From positions 4,817 to 68,816 of the IMG/VR virus record IMGVR_UViG_3300010222_000171: 64,000 nucleotides of DNA; one strand, given 5' to 3'. This document shows positions 27,539-37,441 of the stretch, in pieces. Each line of letters opens with the position of its first letter. Positions within the stretch are counted from its first letter, which is position 1. The notes beneath the pieces were generated by a model. The model had not been told where the DNA came from. It made no database searches and was given only the letters and a program-made list of their open reading frames with translations. The stretch is from a virus. The position numbers and the translations under genes are program-made.

Positions 27539-28095
27539 TCTGGCGGTCCTGTATTTTCAGATGAAGACGAATAAGACCCGGAACCGTCGCCAGTATCGTT
27601 GATCGTTCCATCTTGGTACGGGTGGATGTGTTCATCAAAGTCAATTCCGTCTATAATAATATTCCCAGAAGCCCCCGTTTCGGCGTTGATGATTCCATTT
27701 TCGGCTTTCACGTCAATATCTCCATCAGCCGTTGCAGAGACTTCGATATCGTTAGAAGCCTGAATGTTGATGTTGTATTTTTCTTCGCTTTCGGTCTTCC
27801 GTAGCTCAACGATTGTTTCTTCATCTAACTGAATCCTGACTTCTTCGGGCTTCAATTTAAGATCTTCTGGGAGCGCCTTCTCGCTGTCAATGTTAATTAC
27901 ACCCACAATGACACGAGTCCCACGCTCTAACTTTTCCATTACAACGTTTTGACCGATAGCTGGGGTCCGATGAAACCCGCCGAACGGTTTGATGAATGGG
28001 ACTTCTTTGTATTCTTTCCGGTGTCTGATTGGTTGGACATTGCACCGTACCACACCGTCAACGTTTTTCAGATTTGTAACAATTCCTTGTTCCAT
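27535..28095 (-). CDS. baseplate spike protein (gpV/gp45-like)
   Basis: N-terminal OB-like part (FHRTPAIGQNVV) and a C-terminal HIHPY metal-binding tip. Confidence 0.75.
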   Translation of the reverse strand: MEQGIVTNLKNVDGVVRCNVQPIRHRKEYKEVPFIKPFGGFHRTPAIGQNVVMEKLERGTRVIVGVINIDSEKALPEDLKLKPEEVRIQLDEETIVELRKTESEEKYNINIQASNDIEVSATADGDIDVKAENGIINAETGASGNIIIDGIDFDEHIHPYQDGTINDTGDGSGSYSSSSENTGPPE

Positions 28096-28097
28096 GA

Positions 28098-29486
28098 TTA
28101 GTCTCTTTCGACTATTCCACCTTCGAAGAACCCGCTGTGTCCTTCTCCAAGTGTCAAAATTTTGTCTTCTTCGCTGTCGGGGTTCGGATTAAACAGAACC
28201 GTCTTCGTTTGAATCTGTGAGAAATCAATGTTGTCGCCCGGCAAGAGGCTTACATCGAGGTGAGTTTCCCACCGCCCAGTTTGATGAATTCTGTGTTGAA
28301 CAGAATCTATTTCGTACCGCTCATTTCGCGGCACAGAGCCACAAAAGGTGTCATCTATTTTTTCTGGTTTGTGCCCAATTTCTCCCGTCGATGCCGTATA
28401 TGGTTCTTCAAAGTATTTGTTATGAGGAATAATGTGAATAGCATCTCCGGGTTTTACCTTTTTAAGATCAGTATGACTTCCAGACTTGCTTGCGTTAATT
28501 TGAACGGCGCCTGAGTTCTGATTTGACGTTTCTTCAATCAAGATGTTCTGGGCTTCTTTTTGGATATTTCTCCGTTTGATGTTCTCGTTTTTCGCTTCCA
28601 TCATGACCCCACTATCAATATCCATCCGTTCAGCAACCCCAACCACTTGATAGTCCATCTTATTTTTGTCATTTAGTGGGTTTACGGCGTCAAAGGCTTC
28701 AGACCAAGAAGCAGGACGGGCACCATCTTCGTCCATCCAATTACCGCGGAGCGTTACTCCCTTTATTGGAGAGCCCGAATGTCTGATATTTACATCCTTA
28801 TATCGCCACACACGTTCATCATTCGGGGCTGCAATATGTTCTTGGGAGAGAACATCACGATGACCAACCCAGAGGTTAAGGTCATTATCAACCCAACTGT
28901 TGAGGCGGTATTTGTTGTTTAGTTTGTAGATTGCACGAAGAGGACTAATGTTATCGAAGTCTTGTGCTGTAAGGCCGGTTTCGGTGGCATCTATCGTATC
29001 TTGTCCTCTTTGCTGTCTTGTTTTTTCCAACAAGGCAGAAGAACTGGGGTATTGAATTTCTTCGGGAAATGAAAATTTAATCCCGTTAAGAAGATTACTT
29101 TCTCGAATATCAAAAACGCGCTTGTAAGTCTGTTCAAGGGTAGACCCTTGAAAGTGATAGTCCACAACGCCCGAATCCAGCGACTTCTGGGGATCGTATA
29201 GCTCTACGTGAAAATATCTTTCTCCAAATTCGAGTCCGTCCGGGCTTGACATTAGACGAGAAACCACGGACCCGTCAACCAGGACTTCTACAATTCTTCG
29301 GCCGTAGAGATCTCCCTGGCTATCGTGGCTGTGCTCTTTAATTTGCTCACCAACAACCCCGTCAAACTTCGCACGACAATAGTTGAGCTTTCTATTTTCC
29401 TTTTTGAGTGTTAACGTAGTGGGTCTGTACTCTCCCCCAATATCTGGGAAGCGAACAGTCCAGTCATGCGAAGCATAGCAAGTCAT
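28098..29486 (-). CDS. baseplate hub protein (gpD-like)
   Basis: Position after the tape measure and tube-initiator genes; 462 aa. Confidence 0.65.
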   Translation of the reverse strand: MTCYASHDWTVRFPDIGGEYRPTTLTLKKENRKLNYCRAKFDGVVGEQIKEHSHDSQGDLYGRRIVEVLVDGSVVSRLMSSPDGLEFGERYFHVELYDPQKSLDSGVVDYHFQGSTLEQTYKRVFDIRESNLLNGIKFSFPEEIQYPSSSALLEKTRQQRGQDTIDATETGLTAQDFDNISPLRAIYKLNNKYRLNSWVDNDLNLWVGHRDVLSQEHIAAPNDERVWRYKDVNIRHSGSPIKGVTLRGNWMDEDGARPASWSEAFDAVNPLNDKNKMDYQVVGVAERMDIDSGVMMEAKNENIKRRNIQKEAQNILIEETSNQNSGAVQINASKSGSHTDLKKVKPGDAIHIIPHNKYFEEPYTASTGEIGHKPEKIDDTFCGSVPRNERYEIDSVQHRIHQTGRWETHLDVSLLPGDNIDFSQIQTKTVLFNPNPDSEEDKILTLGEGHSGFFEGGIVERD

Positions 29487-29494
29487 ATATAAGG

Positions 29495-30049
29495 CTATTT
29501 TGCCTCGGTGACAATTGGGTTACGACTGTTACTCTCGTACTCGTCATCTCCGGTTGAGACGAGATCAATCATGTACTCATACAATCGCTGTTTTGCATGG
29601 GGATCGTATCCCTGTTCTTTCCCCAATTCTCCTTTTTTGACGATGCAGGTTATCGCCCCACGAGGAACCAGTGGTGAAATAATTTCTACTTTGCCTTCGT
29701 GGTCAACTAATTGATTGAACGATCCGATTTCGTACTCAAGAACAACACCTGAAAGGTGGAATTCTCGATTTTTAATTTTATCTACCGTAATGTTCTCGCC
29801 TTCACACTGCCGCCCATCTCTTTCCAGCTTTTTTTCTTTCGTTTGGCTGAACCGGTCTGGATAATAGTCGGGAATAAATACTGCATTTGCATCTTCTTCA
29901 ACGTAGTAATCCCGAGCACTCGCACCAGACCGCGACTCATCGAGTGAGCGAATCTCTAATCCTGGCTGTTCAGATGGATCATCTGGGAGATAAACATCAT
30001 ATTCAGATGGTCGTGGTGAAGGGGCTTTTGCTGAAATTGGATTAGTCAT
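29495..30049 (-). CDS. tail tube initiator-like protein
   Basis: Directly follows the tape measure gene. Confidence 0.5.
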   Translation of the reverse strand: MTNPISAKAPSPRPSEYDVYLPDDPSEQPGLEIRSLDESRSGASARDYYVEEDANAVFIPDYYPDRFSQTKEKKLERDGRQCEGENITVDKIKNREFHLSGVVLEYEIGSFNQLVDHEGKVEIISPLVPRGAITCIVKKGELGKEQGYDPHAKQRLYEYMIDLVSTGDDEYESNSRNPIVTEAK

Positions 30050-30051
30050 AT

Positions 30052-32733
30052 CTAATCACCTGTTCTGGAGCTAAAGTTATCTCCTGACGCATTCACTGGG
30101 TTCTGAGCGGTATTCTCGGCACTAACACGTTCGAGAGTAGTCCGGAGGTTCTGCCTCGAAGCGTTGTCCATTTCCCCCTGGCTATTGATTGTGTACTCGC
30201 GGTTATCGTGATAGATGTTTTTGGTGCCACCACCAGCAGCAGTTCCAACGCCCAACGAAGAACCGCCCCCCATTCCGGGTCCATCAAGCGAAGATATACC
30301 TCCAAAGGCACCAACGGCTCCAAGACCCATAGTTAGCGCACTAACGAGAGCAAGGGTAGCCATAGTTGCTTGCCATGCAGTTGCTTGGTAGCCTTGAAGG
30401 ACAGTAATCACTCCACCGATGATTGGAGCAATCCCCTTGAAGGCAAACCAAATTGCTCCGGTAATCTTCGATACTTTCGCAAGTGCATACATCCACCCCA
30501 CCAACTGAATAAGAACCAACAAAAGGTCGTTTCTCATCCACTTTGAAACCTGCTGAAGCAAGACAAAGAACGGTGAGAAGGCCGTCACAACTATCGAAAT
30601 CGCCATCGACAGTTGGTAAAGTGTACTAATGATTCGGAGAACGTCTCGACCGAGTGAAACCAAAAAGTCTTGATTCTTTTCTGCTTTGTTAAGCAGGTCC
30701 TCGAAGAAACCGAGAAGGCCGCCGCCGATCAGGCGACCAAACCGAATCGAAAGCTGACTAATCGTTCCACGATTTCGGTTAACGATGTTGAAGAACTCTT
30801 GAATGCCTTCTGAAAGGTCATTTCCCATCGTGCTAAGAGTACCTTCAAAGTGCTGTAGCCCTTCCATCGAATCAGCAATCTCTTGGATCTGACCCGGAAT
30901 GGCGTCAAATAGCCGAGACTGGGCCGGAGCGAAAAGCTGCATCGTTGGCTGTGCAGCCTCAAATGCATCTTCTTTGAGGGCCTGAAGCTGTTCTTTTGCC
31001 TGCTTGAAAGAGCCACTCATGCTCTCAGCGTGGCCCAAAAGACCAAGGCCGATTATTCCTGCACCCGCTGTGGCTACTGAACCCATTGCCGCTGCAACGC
31101 CAAGAAGTTGGGTTCCGAGAGCGAAGAGAACAGGAAGGACAGCCGCCATTGCATTGTGAACCTGGGACATCGACGGCTTCAGCTTTCTGACAACCGAGCC
31201 ACTAAGTGACTCTACTTGGTTTCTGGTTGTTTTGAGCCGACGTACCGTCCGGAGAGACTTGCCCAATCCCCCGCCACCGCTTCTACTTGGCCCTGGGCTG
31301 ATGTCGGCATCGGCGTCGAGGTCGCCGTAGTCTTCCATATTAACGCTGGTTTGGACACCCATGTCAGTTAGACCAGCTTCTCGGCGCTTCTCTCGGTTAA
31401 AGCGCATAGGGTCGTCGTCACCGAAAGTTGCCTCTGTTAGACTTCCCTCAATGTCGTCCCTTTTCTTTACCCGTTCTGGGTCAAGACCGGCGTTTTCGAA
31501 AAGTTCTTTTTGCTGTTTTTCAATATTCCTAATAGCAGCTCCCAGATTATTATCTCCAGTGAGAAAACTAAGTTTATCCCTGTAAGCAAGGCCCTCACCA
31601 GAGTCCCCAGTCTCCAGCACGGGATGATCTGCGGCCATCGCACCGCGATCATGCGTACCGTGTCGCCTGGCCTCTTTAGCCGAAATCATTCCCCGACCTT
31701 CGCTATCGTAAAGTTCGCCATCGAAGTCACCAAAGTACTGAGTGCGAAGTCTGTCTTTGACAGCTTTTTGGGTTGATTTAGTATTTTCTTTGACTTCCTG
31801 CCGGAGAATTTCTTCCAAGCCCATGTCAGATTTCTGGAATTTTTCAAGTCCAGCCCCCTTTAGAACCTTGTCGCGTAGACGTTTTGCAAGGGCCTCTTTG
31901 GTACTTTGCTCCTTTTTAGTCTCTATGTCTCCGACTTTTCCATCAAAAACACCAGCTTCAGAAGCCTTGCGTTGAAGTTTGTTCCAAGACATTTGGCTCG
32001 GCGGTTCATCTACAATGTCAGTGTTGAACCGCCGATCAGTAACTCCCGTTTCATGTGCTCTTCTTTCCAGAGACTCGAAACTGAGATCATCTGGATCGAA
32101 GTCGCGGCCAATGTTTTTCAGGCCGCCCTGGAGAACATTTGCTTCGGCTGCGTCTTTCTGGATCTTTTGCCAAGAGCGGCTGTCAAGATCAACGTCTTCT
32201 TGGAAAAAGTTTGTCCGAAGAGAGTTCTTTCCTGGAAGGCCGGAGTCGCCAGTCAACCTCTTGACGGTGTTCTCGAAGTCACCAAATGTATCCCCAAGCT
32301 TGTCGCTATCCAGTTCAGGAGAACGACCCATTCTTGCGGCGTTAAGCCCCACGAGATCTGCCGCTTTCTTTTGGAGACGTTGACGGGAAAGAGAGCCATC
32401 GCCACCGGGAGGATCTCCACCAGTGCTGTCTCCACTACCAGTCTTCCCGTCAGGCTGAAGATGTTCGACTTGTACCTTAGTCTCGATTTCTTTGTCAAGA
32501 GCGGTTTCAATATCAGAAATTTGACGTTCTAACTTGTCAGCATTGAGTTCCAAATCTTCGAGTTCCTGAAGCTGTTCGACTACCTTTCCAATCTCTCCAG
32601 TGATTTCACTGGCGTCGAAATTAATGTCGACGCGATTAGAAAGTTTGTCAAGAGCAGCAAGCTCAGTACCAATGGCCGCAATTTCGGCCTGGACATCTTC
32701 CGCCTGAAGATTAATGTCAATATTAACAGCCAT
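30052..32733 (-). CDS. tape measure protein
   Basis: 893 aa, helical, with a hydrophobic C-half; follows the tail chaperones. Confidence 0.85.
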   Translation of the reverse strand: MAVNIDINLQAEDVQAEIAAIGTELAALDKLSNRVDINFDASEITGEIGKVVEQLQELEDLELNADKLERQISDIETALDKEIETKVQVEHLQPDGKTGSGDSTGGDPPGGDGSLSRQRLQKKAADLVGLNAARMGRSPELDSDKLGDTFGDFENTVKRLTGDSGLPGKNSLRTNFFQEDVDLDSRSWQKIQKDAAEANVLQGGLKNIGRDFDPDDLSFESLERRAHETGVTDRRFNTDIVDEPPSQMSWNKLQRKASEAGVFDGKVGDIETKKEQSTKEALAKRLRDKVLKGAGLEKFQKSDMGLEEILRQEVKENTKSTQKAVKDRLRTQYFGDFDGELYDSEGRGMISAKEARRHGTHDRGAMAADHPVLETGDSGEGLAYRDKLSFLTGDNNLGAAIRNIEKQQKELFENAGLDPERVKKRDDIEGSLTEATFGDDDPMRFNREKRREAGLTDMGVQTSVNMEDYGDLDADADISPGPSRSGGGGLGKSLRTVRRLKTTRNQVESLSGSVVRKLKPSMSQVHNAMAAVLPVLFALGTQLLGVAAAMGSVATAGAGIIGLGLLGHAESMSGSFKQAKEQLQALKEDAFEAAQPTMQLFAPAQSRLFDAIPGQIQEIADSMEGLQHFEGTLSTMGNDLSEGIQEFFNIVNRNRGTISQLSIRFGRLIGGGLLGFFEDLLNKAEKNQDFLVSLGRDVLRIISTLYQLSMAISIVVTAFSPFFVLLQQVSKWMRNDLLLVLIQLVGWMYALAKVSKITGAIWFAFKGIAPIIGGVITVLQGYQATAWQATMATLALVSALTMGLGAVGAFGGISSLDGPGMGGGSSLGVGTAAGGGTKNIYHDNREYTINSQGEMDNASRQNLRTTLERVSAENTAQNPVNASGDNFSSRTGD

Positions 32734-33054
32734 TATGAAGATTCTTCGTGAATTTGGTGATCTGGATTTTCTTCTTTGTTTATGTAGCGAACAGTTTCTT
32801 CTCGCTCAAAACCCCCCTGCCCGGCTGGACCACTTGATTTGGGGTTCCGCTGTCTCCCACTTTTGCCGCCCTGATTTCTGGCTTCTTCTCGCTGCCGCTT
32901 CTTTTCTTCAGCTTCCTTCTTTTGTGCCGCATCGAGAACCTGATTCTGAAACGGAGTAAGGTCTCCCAGATGATCGACTCCGGGAAGGTCGGTGACACCG
33001 TTTGCGTGGTTTTCGATCCGGTTCTTGAAGCTACTCGCTGCCCCCGTCTCTGCG
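32733..33054 (-). CDS. tail assembly chaperone, frameshifted extension (GT-type)
   Basis: Open +1 frame after TTT-CGC with no good start codon of its own. Confidence 0.75.
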
Positions 33055-33519
33055 AAAGGTTTCTGCACTTTCGGCGTCGGACGATATTTCGAGGACGCGC
33101 TCCGCAATAATTAGAGACTTTCCACCTTGAAGCATCGAGACGATCTCCTCGACCCCTTCCCGGTCTTCACCTTCAGCGATGCCCTGTGTAGTATCGATAC
33201 CCAGGACAGCAGCAGAGTGCATGATCTCAACGAAATCCTCGTCGAACTGGCCGGGGTCAATGTAATCGTCTTCGTCTTTTCCTTCTTCAAGCTGCTCTTT
33301 GGCCTCTTCCGCATCGATGTCAAGACGGTTCTCAAGGAACGCCGCAATTGGAAGAAACTCTTCGTCTGTCAGAGGCCGAACGTAAAGCTCGCCCTCCATA
33401 TCGTAGTACGTGAAGTCGATTGTATCGCGGAACTGATCTCCGCGAATAGCCATCTCACGCAGACGGCTAAGGTTTGTATCACTATTCTCTGCTTGTTCAG
33501 ATTCGCTGTTATCGGACAT
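33031..33519 (-). CDS. tail assembly chaperone (G-type)
   Basis: Lies between the tube and tape measure genes and contains TTT CGC near its end. Confidence 0.8.
   Translation of the reverse strand: MSDNSESEQAENSDTNLSRLREMAIRGDQFRDTIDFTYYDMEGELYVRPLTDEEFLPIAAFLENRLDIDAEEAKEQLEEGKDEDDYIDPGQFDEDFVEIMHSAAVLGIDTTQGIAEGEDREGVEEIVSMLQGGKSLIIAERVLEISSDAESAETFRRDGGSE
33052..33057 (-). other. +1 programmed frameshift site TTT-CGC
   Basis: In-frame TTT CGC; a +1 shift reads TTC GCA into the downstream ORF. Confidence 0.8.
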
Positions 33520-33595
33520 GAATAAGTTTGAATCGGTGAAAATCCGAAAAGAAAATAAAAACGTTAAGACCCGATGAGGGGGTGGCTCCGTCTCG

Positions 33596-34111
33596 CTACT
33601 GAGCCTGATCGCTTGAACGATCCATCGCAACCCAGTCGAACGCAGTTTCCGTTTCCTGCTCTGACCGACTCTCGTAGGACTCAGACGTTGCAAGGACGTG
33701 GAGATAACGTTCGTTTTCGCCGTTAATGTCGTGGTTGATGTTAATGGTGTGCGGCATCGGAACGCCAGCATCATCATAGAGGAAATCTACGATGTCCACT
33801 TCTTGCTGATTTCCGCCCTCATCGACGTACGTCTTGGTGGCATTCGATCCTTTGAACATCATTGTACCGGAGTACGAAATAGAAGTGACCGAATAGCCAC
33901 TTGCTTTCAGCGAAGACTCGCGGATCTCGGAGACTTCAACCTCTTTGGTTGTGTCAAGCCGAGAAATGGGGATCTGGATGTACTCTGCATCCTGCGAACC
34001 GCCACCATAACTCCCCTCAACGTTGGTAACTTCAGACGATGCGCCCCGCGAAACAACCAGCGTAATGTTCGCGGCGGATTCAATACGGTCAACAGTGCCA
34101 TTTCTTGCCAT
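33596..34111 (-). CDS. tail tube protein
   Basis: 171 aa, directly after the sheath gene. Confidence 0.75.
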   Translation of the reverse strand: MARNGTVDRIESAANITLVVSRGASSEVTNVEGSYGGGSQDAEYIQIPISRLDTTKEVEVSEIRESSLKASGYSVTSISYSGTMMFKGSNATKTYVDEGGNQQEVDIVDFLYDDAGVPMPHTININHDINGENERYLHVLATSESYESRSEQETETAFDWVAMDRSSDQAQ

Positions 34112-34138
34112 AATAACTTAGAATGAAAGAATTAAATC

Positions 34139-35443
34139 TTATCCGCCGTTCTCGATGGTGACGGTGTTCTCGATGTAGCGCAGTGGCTCAACGAGGTCAA
34201 TGGACATTTCCACGCCAACCGATGTTGCGTCTTCCTTCAAGACGTTGACATCGTAGCTGATGACAACCTGGGATTCAGCAAGCTCGGAAAGCTGATCGTT
34301 AATCATCCCGTTCAGCGTGTTCCTGACAACCTGATTGTTTAGCTTGCCGATGAACGGTTTCTGATTGTCCCGAGTGGTGTTGATGATGTAGTCAGCAACC
34401 AGTCGGTTGAAGCCGTAAGCAAGGTTATTCTCGTCCGTATTAGAATCCGAGACGGTAGTCGGGTCGTCAACAATCCGGACACCACGGGATTCGTTCGCCA
34501 GTGGGACAACATCTTCCGAGATTAGCGAACCACGCTCGGCGCGGTTCAGCGTTTCCGAAAGGTCCTTGTTGGTGCTCAGGCGCTTGTTGATCGGCGTGAC
34601 GGCGAGGCCAAGGTTGGCCTTGAAGCCAGCGTAGGAAGCCAGAGCTGAGGTGTTGTCCTCGAACCGGGTCGGATAAACGACCTGAGTTCGGCTGTCGTCG
34701 TAGTTCTGCGTGAAAGTGGCCGGGTCGAGGTTGATGTCGGCACCGCCAACACAAAGAGAAAGATCGTAGTTCTGCTCCATGTTAGCAACTTCGACGTTTG
34801 CCTTGTCTACGACATCTGTATTCTCCGAAATGGGAGCCAAGAAGTCGATAACGTCAGCGACCTCATTGACTGCTGTGTTAATTGCGGTGTGGTAATCAAA
34901 CGAATCGTAATCTACAGTGTCGTTGCCATCGTCGCCGTCACTGGGAATCGAAGGCAGTTCCAGGGTTCCACGAACCGGGTTAAAGAAACACTCGTCAGCG
35001 GCAGGCGTGTACGTAGACACATCATCGTAGACTGGATTGGTCCTCAGATCAGTGCCGTCAACGGACACTGAAACGTCATCTCTCCCCTCTCGTATTGGGG
35101 CATTGTCCAGCTGAATAGTAGTACTTCCAGCACCACTAATATCGTCAATGTGCCCATTGGATTCTGCAACAACAGCGTAAACGGGGTATGCTCCCTCGTT
35201 CAGAGCGTCGATGGCCGCCTGGGTCAGAAGGCTCGACTCTTTGGGGCCGAACCATTCGACCGCCTTTGAAGCGCGAGTTACCTGATAAACTTTCGTGGTG
35301 TCAGCAGCGTTCTCAGCGTTTGCGAGATCTGCCTGACCAACAATACAAAGATCGTTCGGGGCCGGGCCAAACGTCGGCACAGCCGCCGACGAGGTAACGT
35401 CCGTAACGATTCCGGGTTCGTTCTTATTTCCGTAAGTAGTCAT
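34139..35443 (-). CDS. tail sheath protein
   Basis: PGIVTDV N-terminus and C-terminal NRLVADY...FIGKLN...EPLRYI sheath motifs. Confidence 0.9.
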   Translation of the reverse strand: MTTYGNKNEPGIVTDVTSSAAVPTFGPAPNDLCIVGQADLANAENAADTTKVYQVTRASKAVEWFGPKESSLLTQAAIDALNEGAYPVYAVVAESNGHIDDISGAGSTTIQLDNAPIREGRDDVSVSVDGTDLRTNPVYDDVSTYTPAADECFFNPVRGTLELPSIPSDGDDGNDTVDYDSFDYHTAINTAVNEVADVIDFLAPISENTDVVDKANVEVANMEQNYDLSLCVGGADINLDPATFTQNYDDSRTQVVYPTRFEDNTSALASYAGFKANLGLAVTPINKRLSTNKDLSETLNRAERGSLISEDVVPLANESRGVRIVDDPTTVSDSNTDENNLAYGFNRLVADYIINTTRDNQKPFIGKLNNQVVRNTLNGMINDQLSELAESQVVISYDVNVLKEDATSVGVEMSIDLVEPLRYIENTVTIENGG

Positions 35444-35458
35444 GTTAAATTATATAAA

Positions 35459-35977
35459 TTACTGATTGAACTTGAACTGTTCATTCAAGGCTTCAATCTG
35501 ATCGCCGCCAGTAACGGTGATTGTGTGATCGCCGTGGAACCTCGCAGCAAGCATCAACTCTGCTTCTTTGGGTTCCGTAAACCGATTAGTCGGATTCCCA
35601 CCCGAAGCAAGTGCAACTTCTTTCAGCCCTTCGTGGAACCCTTGTGGGTCGTCACGAATGAGCCGAAGTTTGTTTTTGACTTTATTTTTCAATCGGCTTA
35701 CTTCTACTTCATCGTAGTGTCGAACTGCGAATTCAACTCGGGTCTTGAAGTCAAAATTGAGGTATCTTTCATACTCTTTTTTCCCGTCATTGTTAATGTC
35801 TCCAACAAAATCTCCTGCATGGGGAGAATTATGGAAATTCTTATCTTGGGTGTCCCAGTCTTCAATAAGTACTACAGGGACCGGGCGCTCGTCGTCCAAT
35901 CCAGATGTCTTGACGGGAACATTTACGACAGAAGAAATCTCTGACTGGATAGTACTAATTAGCTCCGTTTCATCCAT
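35459..35977 (-). CDS. tail terminator-like protein
   Basis: Canonical position before the sheath gene. Confidence 0.6.
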   Translation of the reverse strand: MDETELISTIQSEISSVVNVPVKTSGLDDERPVPVVLIEDWDTQDKNFHNSPHAGDFVGDINNDGKKEYERYLNFDFKTRVEFAVRHYDEVEVSRLKNKVKNKLRLIRDDPQGFHEGLKEVALASGGNPTNRFTEPKEAELMLAARFHGDHTITVTGGDQIEALNEQFKFNQ

Positions 35978-35983
35978 TGTGAG

Positions 35984-36583
35984 TTAGATTCCAGCAGAGC
36001 GCAACTCTTTCTGCATATGTTTTTCGACTTTCTGCTTGATAATCATACGAGAAACTTGTTCCAGGTAGATCTCTGCTGCTTCCATGAAGTGAATCCCCTC
36101 AAACCCCTTCTTTTCAAGTCCACCTTTGACAGCGAACGCTGCCATGACTTTTTCTTTGGTGTACTGCACAGCAAGTGCCTGCAACTGCGGGTCCCAATTG
36201 CCGATGTGGGCCAGTTTCGCTTTTGCTCGGGCTTGGGCGTTTGGGACAACTTCATCATCGACCCAATCGATAATGGCCTGAATTGGTGGGGAATTTCCTG
36301 GCCTTACACCATACTCGTTGATTTCAGCACTCGGCGCGTCGTTCCTAATTTTGCCCTGCCAGTGATAGGTTCTACTAAACCGGTTCTCATTTGTGCTGAA
36401 ACCACGTCGTAGCTTCTTTCGCCAAACACGATCAGCAGAAAGAACGACATTCTTCGCAACTTCTTCACCACGTTCAAGCATCCAATTCCCGGATTCTTTT
36501 AGTCCTTCATCTAAACCCCGTAAGAGGGCTGGTGCGACCTCTTCGGCGTTCTCAACTTCAATGTCGAGATCTATCTTAGACAT
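35984..36583 (-). CDS. neck / tail-completion protein (HK97 gp10-like)
   Basis: NDAPSAEINEYGVRPG motif and position. Confidence 0.65.
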   Translation of the reverse strand: MSKIDLDIEVENAEEVAPALLRGLDEGLKESGNWMLERGEEVAKNVVLSADRVWRKKLRRGFSTNENRFSRTYHWQGKIRNDAPSAEINEYGVRPGNSPPIQAIIDWVDDEVVPNAQARAKAKLAHIGNWDPQLQALAVQYTKEKVMAAFAVKGGLEKKGFEGIHFMEAAEIYLEQVSRMIIKQKVEKHMQKELRSAGI

Positions 36584-36584
36584 A

Positions 36585-36947
36585 TTATGGCTCGTGAAGA
36601 ACTTGATCTCCGAAAAACTCAACGTGAGTTTCGTATTTGGTAAACGCCTTTACCTCATACTTGTCACCGTCATAGACGATGCGATCATCTTCGCCTGGGG
36701 GGTCTGGGAGATCGTCACCAATTGCGACAATGAAAACGGGTCTATCTTGTTCGTAATCTCCAACCCGACTTTCATGTTCTGTATTCCGGTTTGGGTACGT
36801 CTTGACAGCCATTACAGTATGGCTGAATGAGTGTGTTTCAGTGGTATTGCCAAACTCGTTTTTTCCATCTTCACTGCGCTCCAGAACTTTCGCATTTCGG
36901 CCCAAGCGGTGAAGTTGAGCAATAACTTTCTGGTTGATATATGTCAT
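36585..36947 (-). CDS. head closure protein
   Basis: Size, beta-rich composition and position. Confidence 0.65.
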   Translation of the reverse strand: MTYINQKVIAQLHRLGRNAKVLERSEDGKNEFGNTTETHSFSHTVMAVKTYPNRNTEHESRVGDYEQDRPVFIVAIGDDLPDPPGEDDRIVYDGDKYEVKAFTKYETHVEFFGDQVLHEP

Positions 36948-37411
36948 ATATCAAAGCCATCACCAGCACCGCCGCCTGAACTGTTTTCTTTATCAAAAGA
37001 ACCCGCAACATACTCTCTGTCAGAGCGAATCGGAGAAGCCGTTTGCATGATAGTATCTGGTTCAAGGGCCTCAAGAGACTTCTGTGCGCTCCGAAACCAC
37101 TGTGTGACAGAGTTATTGTCTTTCGCCAGCAGCGCGTTCATGTCGATAGCGCCAACTTGAACATCCTGAGAATCAAGCTCACCAGTCTGAACTTTGGCAA
37201 ACAGACAAGTCCACCAGAACAATGCCTGCCCCCGTTCCGGGTTTGAAGAATCGAACCATTCGTAGTCTGGGCCAAGTGATTTTTCGACCCGAATATGAAG
37301 TTGGGCGCGGCGATATGCCACGTCGAGGCCGTCGTCAGACAGAGCTTGGACTGACGTATAGCCAGTCATATCTCGCACGTCTTGCTTTAGTTCAGTTTCG
37401 TTTAGAACCAT
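36944..37411 (-). CDS. head-tail adaptor protein
   Basis: First gene after the major capsid gene. Confidence 0.6.
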   Translation of the reverse strand: MVLNETELKQDVRDMTGYTSVQALSDDGLDVAYRRAQLHIRVEKSLGPDYEWFDSSNPERGQALFWWTCLFAKVQTGELDSQDVQVGAIDMNALLAKDNNSVTQWFRSAQKSLEALEPDTIMQTASPIRSDREYVAGSFDKENSSGGGAGDGFDI

Positions 37412-37441
37412 AAATCACTCAGACGGCCTCAATGGGCCAGT

